Shown here in pieces: positions 1-11,089 of a stretch of 64,000 nt of DNA. Made by a program: the position numbers and the translations under genes. The stretch covers positions 448,001 to 512,000 of the forward strand of contig CAWDOD010000004.1 of NCBI GenBank assembly GCA_963803805.1, in the 5' to 3' direction. Below the pieces are notes generated by a model. The model was not told where the DNA came from and made no database searches. It worked only from the letters and a program-made list of their open reading frames with translations. Position 1 is the first letter of the stretch, and every line of letters begins with the position of its first letter. This DNA comes from an uncultured cyanobacterium (GTDB lineage Bacteria > Cyanobacteriota > Cyanobacteriia > Cyanobacteriales > CAWCAG01).

Positions 1-495
1 CAAATTCAAAGAAGTCTTGAGATGAACCTAAAATATTTAAGTTATAATACTCATCCTCTAAATATTTTTCTAGGGAAGATATTAATTCCTTTTTTTTGGT
101 CAAAGCACAAATTGATAGTTTTGACAATATAGGATTATCGGTATTAGAGTCTATAGATATTTCTTGATCTGCCATATTTCATAGCTAAGCTCATAACAGC
201 AATTCCTTAATAAAAACTTAACATTTATCGGGCTAACAAAAAACCAACTTTTATTGATAAAGCCCTCGTAATTTTAATTTATTGTAAGCTTTATGCTTTT
301 TAGGCTCTCTTCAGGGCAATAATTAGATTGGTATCATCTGATTCCTCAAGCAAATATACTCACTATTTCTTTGAATTAACTCCTCTTAGCCTTGAGGCTG
401 AATAATTTATTTTCTTAAACGTTTCAATACTCTCCAACCTGATGGAGATTTTCTACTTTTAGCTAGATTATGTCTTTTCTTTAAGCAAGTTTTTT

Positions 496-3400
496 ATGTT
501 TAGCCCTAACCTCACTCTCAAGCAATTCATCAAGCAAGTTCCTAAATGCGACTCCTCAACAAACTTAGAACAGTTGTTGGCTATATTTAATGATTCCCAA
601 GCCCAAATAGTCGCAGTTGTAGATCAACAGCAATCCTTGCTGGGAACCTTACAGTTAAAAAGTTTAATCCCCTATCTACTTCAACGACTCCTACCCCAAA
701 ATCTCAACTCTCAAAAAATATTTAACCTTAGTCAATTGCCAATTAGCTCATTAATCAAGTCAACCATTCTTCTCAAAGGGGAGATGAGTGTTGAGGCATT
801 TTGGTTATATTTACAAACTCATAAAGGCAACTCAAAAGAGCATTGCAACTACGCCCTAGTAGATGAAGAAGAACGATTTCTAGGCTTTTTGGATAGCTGG
901 TTACTAGTAAAATCTTTATTACCCCTAGCTATTCAAAATCCAGAACCATTCACCACAGCACCAATTAACATAACTCAAGCAATCAAACTCTTAGAACAAC
1001 TACCTCTTCCTTTGATGCTAGAAAGTCCTGAAGGGGAAGTACTCAGCCAAAATTATACCTGGCGATCGCAAATTGGTGAACAGCATAATCAAGAATTAGT
1101 TAGACCGATGGCTAGTATGAGCGCTATTTCTGCTCCAACTTTAGATCATCGTAGTCCATTAGCAGTGGGAACTGCGGTTAATCGTTGGTGCAGCTTAGCT
1201 CAAAATCAAGAAGATTCTTTAGAACAACAAAATACTCCTTCCCACCTAGCTTTTCAAATTGCCAACGAACAAAGATTAGAGGAAAGAGACTGCCAAGTAC
1301 AAGATCACTTTAATAATCGGGAAAATTTCTCTTCTTATTCCAGAGTCACTAGAACTAAAACAGAAGGTGCTTGGCAGTTTGATCGTCTCCCCTTTTACCT
1401 TCATGATCTTCAACAGCACAATAATACTTTAAACTACAGCAGATACAATCATCCTCTGTGGTTAGTAGTTGCTACGGATGTCACTGAACAGCAACAACTT
1501 TGTAAAGAACTAGCTGCAAAAAACGCCGATTTAATTCAGCTTAATCGTTTAAAAGATGAATTTTTAGCTTGTATCAGCCACGAACTAAAATCTCCCCTCA
1601 CTGCTGTAGTTGGACTCTCTAGTTTGCTTAAAGAGCAGCGCTTAGGAGAACTAAATCAGCGCCAAGCCCGTTATGCCGGCTTAGTTTACCAAAGTGGTCG
1701 TCATCTGATGACCTTAGTAAATGATATCCTAGACTTAACTCGCTTAGAAACAGGACAGTTAAAATTAAATCCTGATGTTGTCAAAATTAGAACCGTTTGC
1801 GAACGAGCTTATCAACAAGCCTTACCACAACAATCCACAGAAAACAGCCAAGACAATTCCCAGCAACATCAACCTCAATTTAACCTGGAAATTGAACAGG
1901 GCTTAGAGATGATTGTTGCTGATGAATTACGTCTGCGTCAGATGCTCAGCCATTTATTAGACAATGCTCTTAAGTTTACACAAAATGGGGGAGAATTCGG
2001 TTTAAAAGTTAGTCTCTGGGAAGGCTGGATTGCTTTTACAGTTTGGGATACAGGCATTGGCATTCCCGCCGATTCTCAACATTTAATCTTCCAAAAATTC
2101 CAGCAGTTGGAAAATCCCCTTAGCCGTCAGTTTGAAGGTACTGGCTTAGGATTAGTTCTAACTCAACGGCTAGCACACGCCCATGGGGGAGATATATCAT
2201 TTACCTCCCAACCGGGACAAGGAAGCCAATTCACCTTGCTATTGCCTCCCACCCCTCCTTCTGATAACCTTAACCAAAGCTCAGAGCAAGACTTCCCTGA
2301 TGCCAATCACAACTGCTTAGTATTAGTAATTGAAGCGGTTCCTAAATACATCGAAGACTCCACAGAGCAACTGAGAAATCTTGGTTATCGTGTCGTTATT
2401 GCTCGTTCAGGAACAGAAGCTCTAGAGAAAGCTCGGCAACTACAACCTAGAGCTATTTTACTTAATCCCTTGCTACCCTTACTATCAGGCTGGGATGTTT
2501 TAACCTTACTCAAAGCTGATAGTCAAACTAAAGATATTCCAGTTTTAATAACAGCAACCAGAGCAGACAAAAAACGAGCAGAACAAAATAATGCTGACGG
2601 CTTTTTGAATCTACCCATAGCTAAACAAACTTTGAAAAAGAGTCTAGCTTGTTTAGGAGAACTACCTAACTTAGAGTTGAAAGGTTTAACTATTTTGCGG
2701 CTTAACCCTAATCCAAGTCAAGGAGACTGGATTAACTCCAGCTTTGAATCAGCCTTGAGTCGTTATTCATCTCACCTAAATTATCGTATCTTAGAAGCTG
2801 ACGATCTTGAACAAGCAGAAATAATCGCCCGAGTCTGGAAACCTGATGTTATGCTCCTTGATGGTGTAGAACTAGAAAATCCCTATAATTACTTACAAAG
2901 TCTCAGCCAGTATAGCTACATCGCCTCTCTGCCTTTGGTTACTCTAGATCATAAAAATACCCAGGCAGCGAACCAAATTCCAGGCTTATCAGTATTTCCC
3001 TGTTTGGTTCCTTTCCAAGAACAAAATATTCCTGCCTTAATCCAAGTTATCCAAGTAGCAGCAGGAATGAATCCTCAACAGAATATTTTGGTGTTCGGAG
3101 AGTGGGGTAGAGAAGGTTTGGCTGAACGTCTTAATTTACAACTTTCTGTCTCAGGGAGTAGTGATGGTGAGTGGTTGCAAGCATTAACTCATTACCTACA
3201 AACTGCAGGGTTGAAAACCTCTCTTTCTCATTCCTGGACGGAAGTAGAAAGTCAAATCGAACACCAAAGTATTAGCCTGCTGCTACTTTATTTAGAAAAT
3301 GTTACCCTTAGCCCTAGTTTAGTAGCAGGGTTAAAAAGATTAGCTACTCAGGAAATAAAGCCTCAAATTCTCCTTTTAGACTGTCGCTATCAAGAACAAG

Positions 3401-3552
3401 ACCTGAAATCTGTAGATTCACAACTAGAATCTTTACTAGAAAGTGTAGCAACAAAAATTATTCGAGGTCGCTCTCAACCCACAAGCAAGTTACTTGAACA
3501 AATTAATCAAATGTTTGGAGAATGGTCGCCAGTAGAAAGCAAGATAACCTGA
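496..3552 (+). CDS. Hybrid sensor histidine kinase (CBS-like N-terminus, HisKA, HATPase, receiver and degenerate receiver domains)
   Basis: H-box FLACISHELKSPL, N-box LSHLLDNALKFT, G1 DTGIGI, G2 GTGLGL, followed by REC-like domains. Confidence 0.9.
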   Translation: MFSPNLTLKQFIKQVPKCDSSTNLEQLLAIFNDSQAQIVAVVDQQQSLLGTLQLKSLIPYLLQRLLPQNLNSQKIFNLSQLPISSLIKSTILLKGEMSVEAFWLYLQTHKGNSKEHCNYALVDEEERFLGFLDSWLLVKSLLPLAIQNPEPFTTAPINITQAIKLLEQLPLPLMLESPEGEVLSQNYTWRSQIGEQHNQELVRPMASMSAISAPTLDHRSPLAVGTAVNRWCSLAQNQEDSLEQQNTPSHLAFQIANEQRLEERDCQVQDHFNNRENFSSYSRVTRTKTEGAWQFDRLPFYLHDLQQHNNTLNYSRYNHPLWLVVATDVTEQQQLCKELAAKNADLIQLNRLKDEFLACISHELKSPLTAVVGLSSLLKEQRLGELNQRQARYAGLVYQSGRHLMTLVNDILDLTRLETGQLKLNPDVVKIRTVCERAYQQALPQQSTENSQDNSQQHQPQFNLEIEQGLEMIVADELRLRQMLSHLLDNALKFTQNGGEFGLKVSLWEGWIAFTVWDTGIGIPADSQHLIFQKFQQLENPLSRQFEGTGLGLVLTQRLAHAHGGDISFTSQPGQGSQFTLLLPPTPPSDNLNQSSEQDFPDANHNCLVLVIEAVPKYIEDSTEQLRNLGYRVVIARSGTEALEKARQLQPRAILLNPLLPLLSGWDVLTLLKADSQTKDIPVLITATRADKKRAEQNNADGFLNLPIAKQTLKKSLACLGELPNLELKGLTILRLNPNPSQGDWINSSFESALSRYSSHLNYRILEADDLEQAEIIARVWKPDVMLLDGVELENPYNYLQSLSQYSYIASLPLVTLDHKNTQAANQIPGLSVFPCLVPFQEQNIPALIQVIQVAAGMNPQQNILVFGEWGREGLAERLNLQLSVSGSSDGEWLQALTHYLQTAGLKTSLSHSWTEVESQIEHQSISLLLLYLENVTLSPSLVAGLKRLATQEIKPQILLLDCRYQEQDLKSVDSQLESLLESVATKIIRGRSQPTSKLLEQINQMFGEWSPVESKIT

Positions 3553-3574
3553 GTTAAAATATTTCCGAGTTAGA

Positions 3575-4162
3575 ATGAGGGCGATCGCACTCAAAGTTTG
3601 GTCTTTAAGGAGGATTTGGGTAGTGGAGCATTTATGGTCGAATTTAAGTAAATCAACAGGATTTGTAGGGATTACTTTAACTACTGTTGCTATTTTAAGC
3701 TTCAATAGTAAACCCGCTACTGCCCAAGCTGCCTATGGAAGTTATGTTGGTGTCGGTCCGACTTTTGGTTTAACTGAAGCTAGTGATGGTGAAGGGGGAT
3801 CAGAAGGAAGGCAAGTTGGCGGAGTCATAGCTGTGCGCTACAAGCTACTAGAAGTGCCAATTTCTCTACGAACCCAAGCTTTAATTGGTGAAGGAGTTGC
3901 CGTTGTACCAACAGTTTCCTATGATATTCCTATCAACTGGCAAACGGACGCTTACTTAGGAGCAGGGGTTTCCTTTGCTAACGGCAGTGATCCTTCCCCG
4001 GTGGGAGATCAAACGAGTTTTGCTCTACAACCTGGTGTTGATTATGTCATTCCCAATAGCAACACAGTGGTATTTGGCAATGCTGTAATCGCTTTTGATG
4101 CCTATCGTAACGGTGGTGGTACGGCTATTTCTATACAAGGCGGCGTGGGATTGAGGTTTTAA
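3575..4162 (+). CDS. Outer-membrane beta-barrel-like protein; true start probably downstream
   Basis: Signal-like segment ending ATAQA, amphipathic beta strands, C-terminal Phe (GGVGLRF). Confidence 0.65.
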   Translation: MRAIALKVWSLRRIWVVEHLWSNLSKSTGFVGITLTTVAILSFNSKPATAQAAYGSYVGVGPTFGLTEASDGEGGSEGRQVGGVIAVRYKLLEVPISLRTQALIGEGVAVVPTVSYDIPINWQTDAYLGAGVSFANGSDPSPVGDQTSFALQPGVDYVIPNSNTVVFGNAVIAFDAYRNGGGTAISIQGGVGLRF

Positions 4163-4254
4163 TCAATAATTCAGTTATCTAATGATCAATAATGCCTATT
4201 AGTTGTATAACCTATCTGCTAGATATTGGTGTCTTATCTGAATATTTTTAATCC

Positions 4255-5145
4255 TTGGAATTTAGTATGAATGAAAGAATTGCTTTTTTAGGATTAGGAG
4301 TTATGGGCGGCTACATGGCTGCTAACTTAGCTAAGGAAGGTTATCTGGTTAAGGGTTGGAATCGTACTCCTGATCGTCCTGGAGTTGCAATTGCTACCGA
4401 TGGTGGTGTCGAGGTTGTTTCCTCCTTGGAAGAGGCAGTTAAGGGGGCAGATGTTGTCTTTGTTTGTGTGGGAGATGTACCGGATGTTGAGGAAGTTATC
4501 TTAAGCAAGGAAGGGGTGGCCGAATATGCTGTTTCTGGTACATTGGTGGTGGATATGAGTACCATTGGTACTGAAGCTGCCAAGAGAATTGGCACAGCCC
4601 TAAAAGCAAAGGATATGCACTTTCTGGATGCCCCTGTTTCCGGAGGAGACGTGGGGGCAAAGCAAGGAGTCCTGACGATTATGGTAGGGGGAGAAGAAGA
4701 AGATTTTGTCCAATGCCAACCCTTGTTTGCAGCTATGGGTAAAAATATTCGCCTTTGTGGACCGGTAGGTAGCGGACAAGCTGTTAAAATGTGCAATCAA
4801 GTTCTTGGTGCTGTTCATATGGTGGCTTTGTGTGAAGCAATGCAACTGGCACAAAAGTTGGGTATTGACCCTAACTTAATTATAGAAGTTTGTAGTACCG
4901 GAGCCGCTAGTTCTTGGGCCCTTTCTAATTTAGGAGAGAAAATTATTCAGCAAGATTATCAACCTGGTTTTGCGATCGCACATATGCTCAAAGATTTGCG
5001 ATTAGTGAAAGAATCTGGTGCTGTAAAAGACTTACCGGGGGTAGAAATTGCGGAACGATTATTTAAAATAGTTGAGGAACTTGATGGCGATGGGGGGAAA
5101 GAACAAGGTACTCAAGCAATGATTCGAGCTTATTTAGAAACATAG
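4255..5145 (+). CDS. NAD(P)-dependent beta-hydroxyacid dehydrogenase (3-hydroxyisobutyrate / tartronate semialdehyde reductase family)
   Basis: FLGLGVMG Rossmann motif, FLDAPVSGG, catalytic Lys in GQAVKMCNQ. Confidence 0.9.
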   Translation: MEFSMNERIAFLGLGVMGGYMAANLAKEGYLVKGWNRTPDRPGVAIATDGGVEVVSSLEEAVKGADVVFVCVGDVPDVEEVILSKEGVAEYAVSGTLVVDMSTIGTEAAKRIGTALKAKDMHFLDAPVSGGDVGAKQGVLTIMVGGEEEDFVQCQPLFAAMGKNIRLCGPVGSGQAVKMCNQVLGAVHMVALCEAMQLAQKLGIDPNLIIEVCSTGAASSWALSNLGEKIIQQDYQPGFAIAHMLKDLRLVKESGAVKDLPGVEIAERLFKIVEELDGDGGKEQGTQAMIRAYLET

Positions 5146-5291
5146 ATGAACCAACAAAAATATCTCTACTTTTTTATTATTTTTTATCTATAAAATAGTA
5201 GCAAAAAAATCAAGAATCACTCTGGATTTTGCTCTAACAATTTAATGTAGTTAGCACTATACTAAGTTAGCTACGTAATAACAAGTAACCT

Positions 5292-5900
5292 ATGGATATA
5301 CCTGTTAAATCAAGCTACTTGCTGATTCAAGATGCGAATATTCATTATCTCGAAGCAGGGAAAATTGATGCTCCTAGTGTTGTTTTCCTTCATGGAGCCA
5401 CTTTTAATGCCCAAACTTGGCAAGAAATTGGTAGTTTAGAAATCTTGGCTAAACAAGGTTATAGAGCGATCGCCGTAGATTTACCTGGTTGTGGCAACTC
5501 AGAAAGCCTTTCTACAGGATCTTTACAGGAATTTATTCCAGAGTTTTTTGCCAAACTTAGTCTTGATTTGCCAGTTTTAGTAGCCCCTTCTATGAGTGGC
5601 GGTTACAGTCTCCCTTTCATTGTCAAACATCAAGAGAAATTAAGAGGTTTTGTACCTATTGCTACAGTAGGAATCTCTCGACTAGCTGAACAATTAAAAA
5701 AGGTTACCACTCCTACTTTAGTCATTTGGGGCAACCAAGACCCGCTCATTCCCCCCACCCAAGCAGATGTTTTGGTAGGAATAATGCCCAATGCCCAAAA
5801 AGTAATTTTAGAAGATTCTGGTCATGCTTGCTATTTAAGCGCTACTGAGCAATTTCATGAATATTTAATGAACTTTGTAGCTAGTTGTACGTCTATATAA
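5292..5900 (+). CDS. Alpha/beta hydrolase (ABHD14-like)
   Basis: VFLHG, DLPGCG, nucleophile elbow PSMSG, Asp in GNQD, His in SGHACY. Confidence 0.85.
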   Translation: MDIPVKSSYLLIQDANIHYLEAGKIDAPSVVFLHGATFNAQTWQEIGSLEILAKQGYRAIAVDLPGCGNSESLSTGSLQEFIPEFFAKLSLDLPVLVAPSMSGGYSLPFIVKHQEKLRGFVPIATVGISRLAEQLKKVTTPTLVIWGNQDPLIPPTQADVLVGIMPNAQKVILEDSGHACYLSATEQFHEYLMNFVASCTSI

Positions 5901-6119
5901 ATCAATCAGTAATTGCTAGTAGGTGCTAATTCCTGCAATTAAAATCTGCTCTTTGGAACCAATTAAATAAAATAATAACCAGAAAGTATCTGGAGTAAAT
6001 TTGCTATGATAACAGCCATTAAGCTAGGGTATTTCTGGCAAGAAATTATCTTCAACTTAAGTGAAAAGCAAATCTCCTTACCCTAGCCAGTCAAATAATT
6101 AACTTCAAAAATATCTTTT

Positions 6120-7748
6120 ATGAAAGTTTTACTTCTTTACCCTTTATTTCCCAAAAGTTTCTGGTCTTTTGAAAAAACCCTAGAGTTACTAGGCCATAAA
6201 GCTATGCTTCCCCCTTTAGGGTTAATAACCGTAGCTGCTATCCTACCCCAAGAATGGGAATTTAGGTTAGTTGACCGCAATGTGGGGGATGTTACTGAAG
6301 CTGATTGGGAATGGGCAGATTTAGTTATCCTTTCGGCAATGATCGTCCAGAAAGAAGATTTACTAAACCAAGTTAAAGAAGCAAAAAGAAGAAATAAAAA
6401 AGTAGCAGCAGGAGGCCCCTATGTTACGGCTTTATCAGAGGAAGTAAAAGCAGCAGGGGCTGACTATCTTATTTTAGATGAAGGGGAAATTACCATGCCC
6501 CTTTTTGTTGAAGCTTTAGCTAGGGGAGAAACATCAGGAACATTTAGTTCTGAAGGTGTCAAACCTGATGTTACCAGCACTCCTGTTCCTTTGTTTGAAT
6601 TATTAGATTTTGATGCCTATTCAGAAATGGCTGTACAGTTTTCCCGTGGCTGCCCTTTCCAATGTGAATTTTGCGATATCATTGTTCTCTACGGTCGCAA
6701 ACCCCGCACCAAAGCACCAAAACAGTTGATTGCTGAGTTAGAAAGACTCTACGAACTAGGCTGGCGACGCAGCATTTTCATGGTGGATGATAATTTCATT
6801 GGTAATAAGCGCAACGTGAAATTATTACTCAAAGAATTGCAACCCTGGATGGCAGAAAAAGGCTACCCCTTCACCTTCGCCACAGAAGCTTCTGTGGATT
6901 TAGCTAATGATCAAGAATTAATGGATCTTATGGCTGCTTGCAACTTTGGGGCAGTTTTCTTAGGGATTGAAACCCCCGACGAAGGCAGTTTAGCTGTCAC
7001 AAAGAAATTCCAAAATACCAGAGATCCCCTTACTGAGTCGGTGGAAAAAATCATCCATTCTGGTTTACGAGTTATGGCGGGATTTATCATCGGTTTTGAT
7101 GGAGAAAAAACTGGGGCAGGCGATCGCATTGTGAGGTTTGTAGAAAAAACCACCATCCCCACGGCAATTTTCAGTATGCTACAAGCCCTGCCTGATACGG
7201 CACTGTCACACCGCCTCAAAAAAGAAGGAAGGCTACGGGAAGAATCAGCGAATATTAACCAGACTACCTTAATGAACTTTGTTCCCACCCGTCCCTTAGA
7301 AGAAATTACTGGGGAATATATACAAGCATTCTGGGATTTATACGAACCAAAACGCTTTTTAGAAAGGACTTATCGCCACTATCGCCTGTTAGGAGAAGCA
7401 CCTTGTCATAACCAAGCCCGTCCTAAAAGAAAGAAAAGTTCCGGGGGACAAAAGCGTCCTATCGGAATGCTAATTAAAGCAATGTTGACGATCTTCTGGC
7501 GACAGGGAGTAGTAAGGGATACTCGTTGGCAATTTTGGCCTTATTTATTTAGTATGCTGAAGCATAACCGCCGAGGCATCGGCAGCTATTTAGGAGTTTG
7601 CGCCCAAATTGAGCATTTTCTGGAATATCGCCAAATTGTTAAAGAGCAAATTGAAGCCCAGTTAGCTATATTTTTAGCAGAAGAAGAGAAGTTGCAAGCT
7701 AAGTTAGCCCAACAAGAAAAAGAAGAAAGCTTAAAAGTGACTGCTTGA
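6120..7748 (+). CDS. B12-binding domain radical SAM protein (DUF4070-type C-terminus)
   Basis: PPLGLITVAA cobalamin-binding region, SRGCPFQCEFC CxxxCxxC motif, VDDNF. Confidence 0.9.
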   Translation: MKVLLLYPLFPKSFWSFEKTLELLGHKAMLPPLGLITVAAILPQEWEFRLVDRNVGDVTEADWEWADLVILSAMIVQKEDLLNQVKEAKRRNKKVAAGGPYVTALSEEVKAAGADYLILDEGEITMPLFVEALARGETSGTFSSEGVKPDVTSTPVPLFELLDFDAYSEMAVQFSRGCPFQCEFCDIIVLYGRKPRTKAPKQLIAELERLYELGWRRSIFMVDDNFIGNKRNVKLLLKELQPWMAEKGYPFTFATEASVDLANDQELMDLMAACNFGAVFLGIETPDEGSLAVTKKFQNTRDPLTESVEKIIHSGLRVMAGFIIGFDGEKTGAGDRIVRFVEKTTIPTAIFSMLQALPDTALSHRLKKEGRLREESANINQTTLMNFVPTRPLEEITGEYIQAFWDLYEPKRFLERTYRHYRLLGEAPCHNQARPKRKKSSGGQKRPIGMLIKAMLTIFWRQGVVRDTRWQFWPYLFSMLKHNRRGIGSYLGVCAQIEHFLEYRQIVKEQIEAQLAIFLAEEEKLQAKLAQQEKEESLKVTA

Positions 7749-7781
7749 TTTTCAAAGGCTAATAGCTAATTGTCTTACTTT

Positions 7782-7820
7782 TCCATCTCTCTAGCTTATA
7801 AAACCGCTAGGTGAGATGGA
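7782..7820 (+). terminator. Stem-loop after the radical SAM gene
   Basis: TCCATCTC-TCTAGC...GCTAGG-TGAGATGGA imperfect inverted repeat with T-rich flanks. Confidence 0.5.
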
Positions 7821-8085
7821 TATTTTGTTAGGATTATGTTCAGTAATTAGGGACAGAAAGGCAATATTTTAGGATGCTTTGTGTGATGAAATGCTATTCC
7901 TTGCCCCCTTAACCGTCAATTTTCAATTATACAGACCACTAGCTTGCACTTAAGTTTTTGACATCCTCTATAGGGATAAATCTAGAGTTATAAACAAGGT
8001 TATTTAGAATCTCTAGAGACAGATGTACTAGGACAAAGCATTTAATTAAGCTAACGAAGTATCATTAAAATGCCTTGAACCTATC

Positions 8086-9600
8086 ATGACCTCTTTACCT
8101 GGAAAACCAGCTTCTTTTTGGATTGATTCTACTCTAGAAACTAATTATCCCACCTTAATTAATGATGTTACTGTTGATGTGGCTATTGTGGGAGGTGGGA
8201 TTGCTGGTATAACCGCAGCAATGCTTCTTAAAAATGCTGGTAAAAGCGTTGCAGTTGTGGAAGCCAAAAGTATTGCTACAGGAGTTAGCGGACATACTAC
8301 AGCGAAAGTTACCTCTTTGCATCAACTAATTTATGCTGACTTAATTAAAGAGTTTGGTGAAGATAAAGCGAGGATTTATGCTGAGTCTAACCAAGCAGGG
8401 GTTGAACAAGTAGCGGATTTGGTTGCCCAAGAAGGAATTGATTGTGACTTTAGTCGCCAGAGTACCTATACCTTTGCAGACTCTGCTAAACATCTTGACA
8501 AAATTGAAGCTGAATGTGAAGCTGCCCTGAAAGTTGGCTTGCCTGCTTCTTTTGTGACAGAAACTTCCTTACCCTTTGCAATTGCTGGGGCAGTTAAAGT
8601 AGATAATCAAGCCCAGTTCCATGTTCGCAAGTATCTACTCCACCTAGCTGATAAAATCGCTGGGGAGGGTAGTTATGTTTTTGAGAATTCGAGGGTAGAA
8701 AAGATTGAAGAAGGTACGCCTTGTGAGGTAATTACAAGTCAAGGGAAGGTAAAAGCCCAAGATGTTATTGTCGCTACCAACTTACCCATCCTTGATCAAG
8801 GGTTATTCTTTGCTAAATCCTATCCTAAACGTTCCTACATTATTGGTGCAGCTATTGACCCAGAAAAAGCACCGGAAGGGATGTTTATTGGCGTAGGGGA
8901 TGACTATCATTCCATTCGCACCACCCCTTACCAAGGAGGCAAACTCTTACTCATTGGTGGTGGTGGACATAAGGTTGGGGCTATTTCCAATACAGAAGAA
9001 AAGTACCTTGCTTTAGAAGCATATGGACGTTCTCAGTTTGGCATCGATAATTTTGATTATCGCTGGTCTAGTCAGGATATGGTTTCTTTTGATAAGTTAC
9101 CTTACATTGGTAAACTAACCCCAGCTAACAAGCATATCTATGTGGCCACAGGGTTTAGTCTTTGGGGTATGAGTAAAGGTACAATGGCAGGAATGCTGCT
9201 GAAAGATTTAGTTTTAGGGCAAGAAAACTCTTGGGCTGATCTTTACGAAGCCACCCGTGCAACTCCTTTTGTGACTAAGGAGTCTTTGAAGAACAATGCT
9301 GAGGTAGGATTAAATTGGATTGGCGATCGCTTAAAAGCCTTGAAAAATCCTTCCTTAGCTGATGTTGGTGTGGGTGAAGGTAAAATTGTTCTTGTGGATA
9401 AAGAACCTACGGCGGTTTATAAAGACGAACAAGGAAAAATCCATGCTGTTTCTCCCGTTTGTACTCATTTAGCTTGTATCGTTAATTGGAATAGTGCCGA
9501 GAAGAGTTGGGATTGCCCCTGTCATGGGGCGCGTTTTACTTGCGAAGGTCAAGTAATTCAAGGGCCAGCAATTAAAAATTTGGAGAAGAAAGTTATTTAG
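8086..9600 (+). CDS. FAD-dependent oxidoreductase with C-terminal Rieske [2Fe-2S] domain (YhfW-like)
   Basis: VAIVGGGIAG FAD motif; Rieske boxes CTHLAC and CPCHG. Confidence 0.9.
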   Translation: MTSLPGKPASFWIDSTLETNYPTLINDVTVDVAIVGGGIAGITAAMLLKNAGKSVAVVEAKSIATGVSGHTTAKVTSLHQLIYADLIKEFGEDKARIYAESNQAGVEQVADLVAQEGIDCDFSRQSTYTFADSAKHLDKIEAECEAALKVGLPASFVTETSLPFAIAGAVKVDNQAQFHVRKYLLHLADKIAGEGSYVFENSRVEKIEEGTPCEVITSQGKVKAQDVIVATNLPILDQGLFFAKSYPKRSYIIGAAIDPEKAPEGMFIGVGDDYHSIRTTPYQGGKLLLIGGGGHKVGAISNTEEKYLALEAYGRSQFGIDNFDYRWSSQDMVSFDKLPYIGKLTPANKHIYVATGFSLWGMSKGTMAGMLLKDLVLGQENSWADLYEATRATPFVTKESLKNNAEVGLNWIGDRLKALKNPSLADVGVGEGKIVLVDKEPTAVYKDEQGKIHAVSPVCTHLACIVNWNSAEKSWDCPCHGARFTCEGQVIQGPAIKNLEKKVI

Positions 9601-9627
9601 CTTTGTTAGCAGAAAGCCTACTTTTTA

Positions 9628-9662
9628 CCCAATCTGGCACAAAATTGAGATGCTGGATTGGG
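9628..9662 (+). terminator. Stem-loop after the oxidoreductase gene
   Basis: CCCAATCTGGCA...TGCTGGATTGGG inverted repeat. Confidence 0.5.
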
Positions 9663-9695
9663 AGGGGTGTGATTGCAATTATGACTTCCCCATTC

Positions 9696-9731
9696 TTACA
9701 TCTTTAGAACGAGTTACATCTTTAGAACGAG
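9696..9731. repeat. Exact 18-bp tandem duplication
   Basis: TTACATCTTTAGAACGAG twice in tandem. Confidence 0.9.
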
Positions 9732-9802
9732 TGCAGTAAGGAATCAAGAATGTTAAGAAGGGTAAAGAAAGTGAAATTTACCAGACTACTGCACAGAACA
9801 AA

Positions 9803-11041
9803 TTGAGACATCTAAGAGACATCCACTTAAAAAACTTACTTCTTCTGTTTAGTACAGGTCTATGCTTTTGGTTAAGCATAACTTCCTTGCTGCCTGTTCT
9901 ACCCGCTTATATTCAAGATGTAGGGGGAACACCTCAGCAAGTAGGTTTTGTTATGGGTAGTTTTGCCATTGGTTTGCTACTTAGCCGTAACCCCATGGGA
10001 AATCTTGCTGATCAACGCAGCCGTAGGCTAGTAATCTCCATTGGTACTCTAGTAGTAGCGATCGCACCTTTAGGCTACCTATTTGCTAAATCAATTCCGA
10101 TTTTAATCCTCCTACGATCATTCCACGGCATTAGTGTAGCTTCTTTCACCATTGGCTATAACACCTTGGTTGTCGCCCTGTCTCCCCCTAAACAGCGAGG
10201 GCAAACCATTGGTTATATGAGTTTAGTCATTCCCCTTGGTTTAGCATTGGGGCCAGCTTTTGGAGGATTACTACAAGAACAAGTTGGTTACGCCTCCTTA
10301 TTCCTTTTATCTTCTGGCATTGGTTGGCTGGGTTTGCTTTTATCTTGTCAAATTCATGAACCAGTTAAGGAAAACAATGCAACCAACTCTCACAAGCAGG
10401 AAACTTCCCCTCCAAATTCTTTTTGGCAAACTGTCTCCAGTCCGCGTTTAAGGGTTCCCACTACAATTCTTTTACTCATTGGTTTAGTCTTTGGTACTTT
10501 AATAACTTTTTTGCCTTTATTTATCCGTCATATTCATCTAAACCTCAACTCAGGTTGGTTTTATACTGCTGCGGCGATCGCCAGTTTTAGTGTACGCATC
10601 TATACAGGTAAAGCCTCAGATTATTATGGCAGGGGAATATTTATTACAGGTAGTTTGGTTTGCTATGCCGTTTCCATGGCAATTTTAGCTTCAGCAAATA
10701 GTTCAGTAGCTTTTATTATTGCCGCAGTATTAGAAGGGGCAGGGGCAGGAATCCTCATACCAATGACTATTGCTTTAATGTCTGATCGTTCCCTAGATGA
10801 TGAACGTGGTAGAATTTATGCTATTTGTTTAGGAGGATTTGATTTAGGTATTGCTATTGGTGGTCCAGTTTTAGGTTCTTTAGCTGAGTTTTTGGGTTAT
10901 CGAGGAATCTTTGGCATAGCCGCTATTTTAGCAAGTTTAGCCCTAATTGTTTTCCTAACTCAATCAAGCAAAAGTTTCGGTCATTCTTTACGCTTTGCTA
11001 CAGGAAAAGAGAAAGATATTTATGCCTTAAAACAATCTTAA
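9803..11041 (+). CDS. MFS transporter
   Basis: About 12 hydrophobic segments; motif A-like GNLADQRSRR and GKASDYYGR. Confidence 0.9.
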   Translation: MRHLRDIHLKNLLLLFSTGLCFWLSITSLLPVLPAYIQDVGGTPQQVGFVMGSFAIGLLLSRNPMGNLADQRSRRLVISIGTLVVAIAPLGYLFAKSIPILILLRSFHGISVASFTIGYNTLVVALSPPKQRGQTIGYMSLVIPLGLALGPAFGGLLQEQVGYASLFLLSSGIGWLGLLLSCQIHEPVKENNATNSHKQETSPPNSFWQTVSSPRLRVPTTILLLIGLVFGTLITFLPLFIRHIHLNLNSGWFYTAAAIASFSVRIYTGKASDYYGRGIFITGSLVCYAVSMAILASANSSVAFIIAAVLEGAGAGILIPMTIALMSDRSLDDERGRIYAICLGGFDLGIAIGGPVLGSLAEFLGYRGIFGIAAILASLALIVFLTQSSKSFGHSLRFATGKEKDIYALKQS

Positions 11042-11089
11042 TTTCATGGCTCATTAAATTTGGGTTTGATTTTCACAGATGTCTATTAG

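Noticed and set aside
5911-5940. GGTGCTAATTCCTGCA upstream of the radical SAM gene resembles the 3' half of a SAM-I riboswitch
   Set aside because: The 5' elements (ATCAAGAG, GAGGGA, GCAACC) are absent and there is no room after the upstream stop codon; more likely a simple hairpin.
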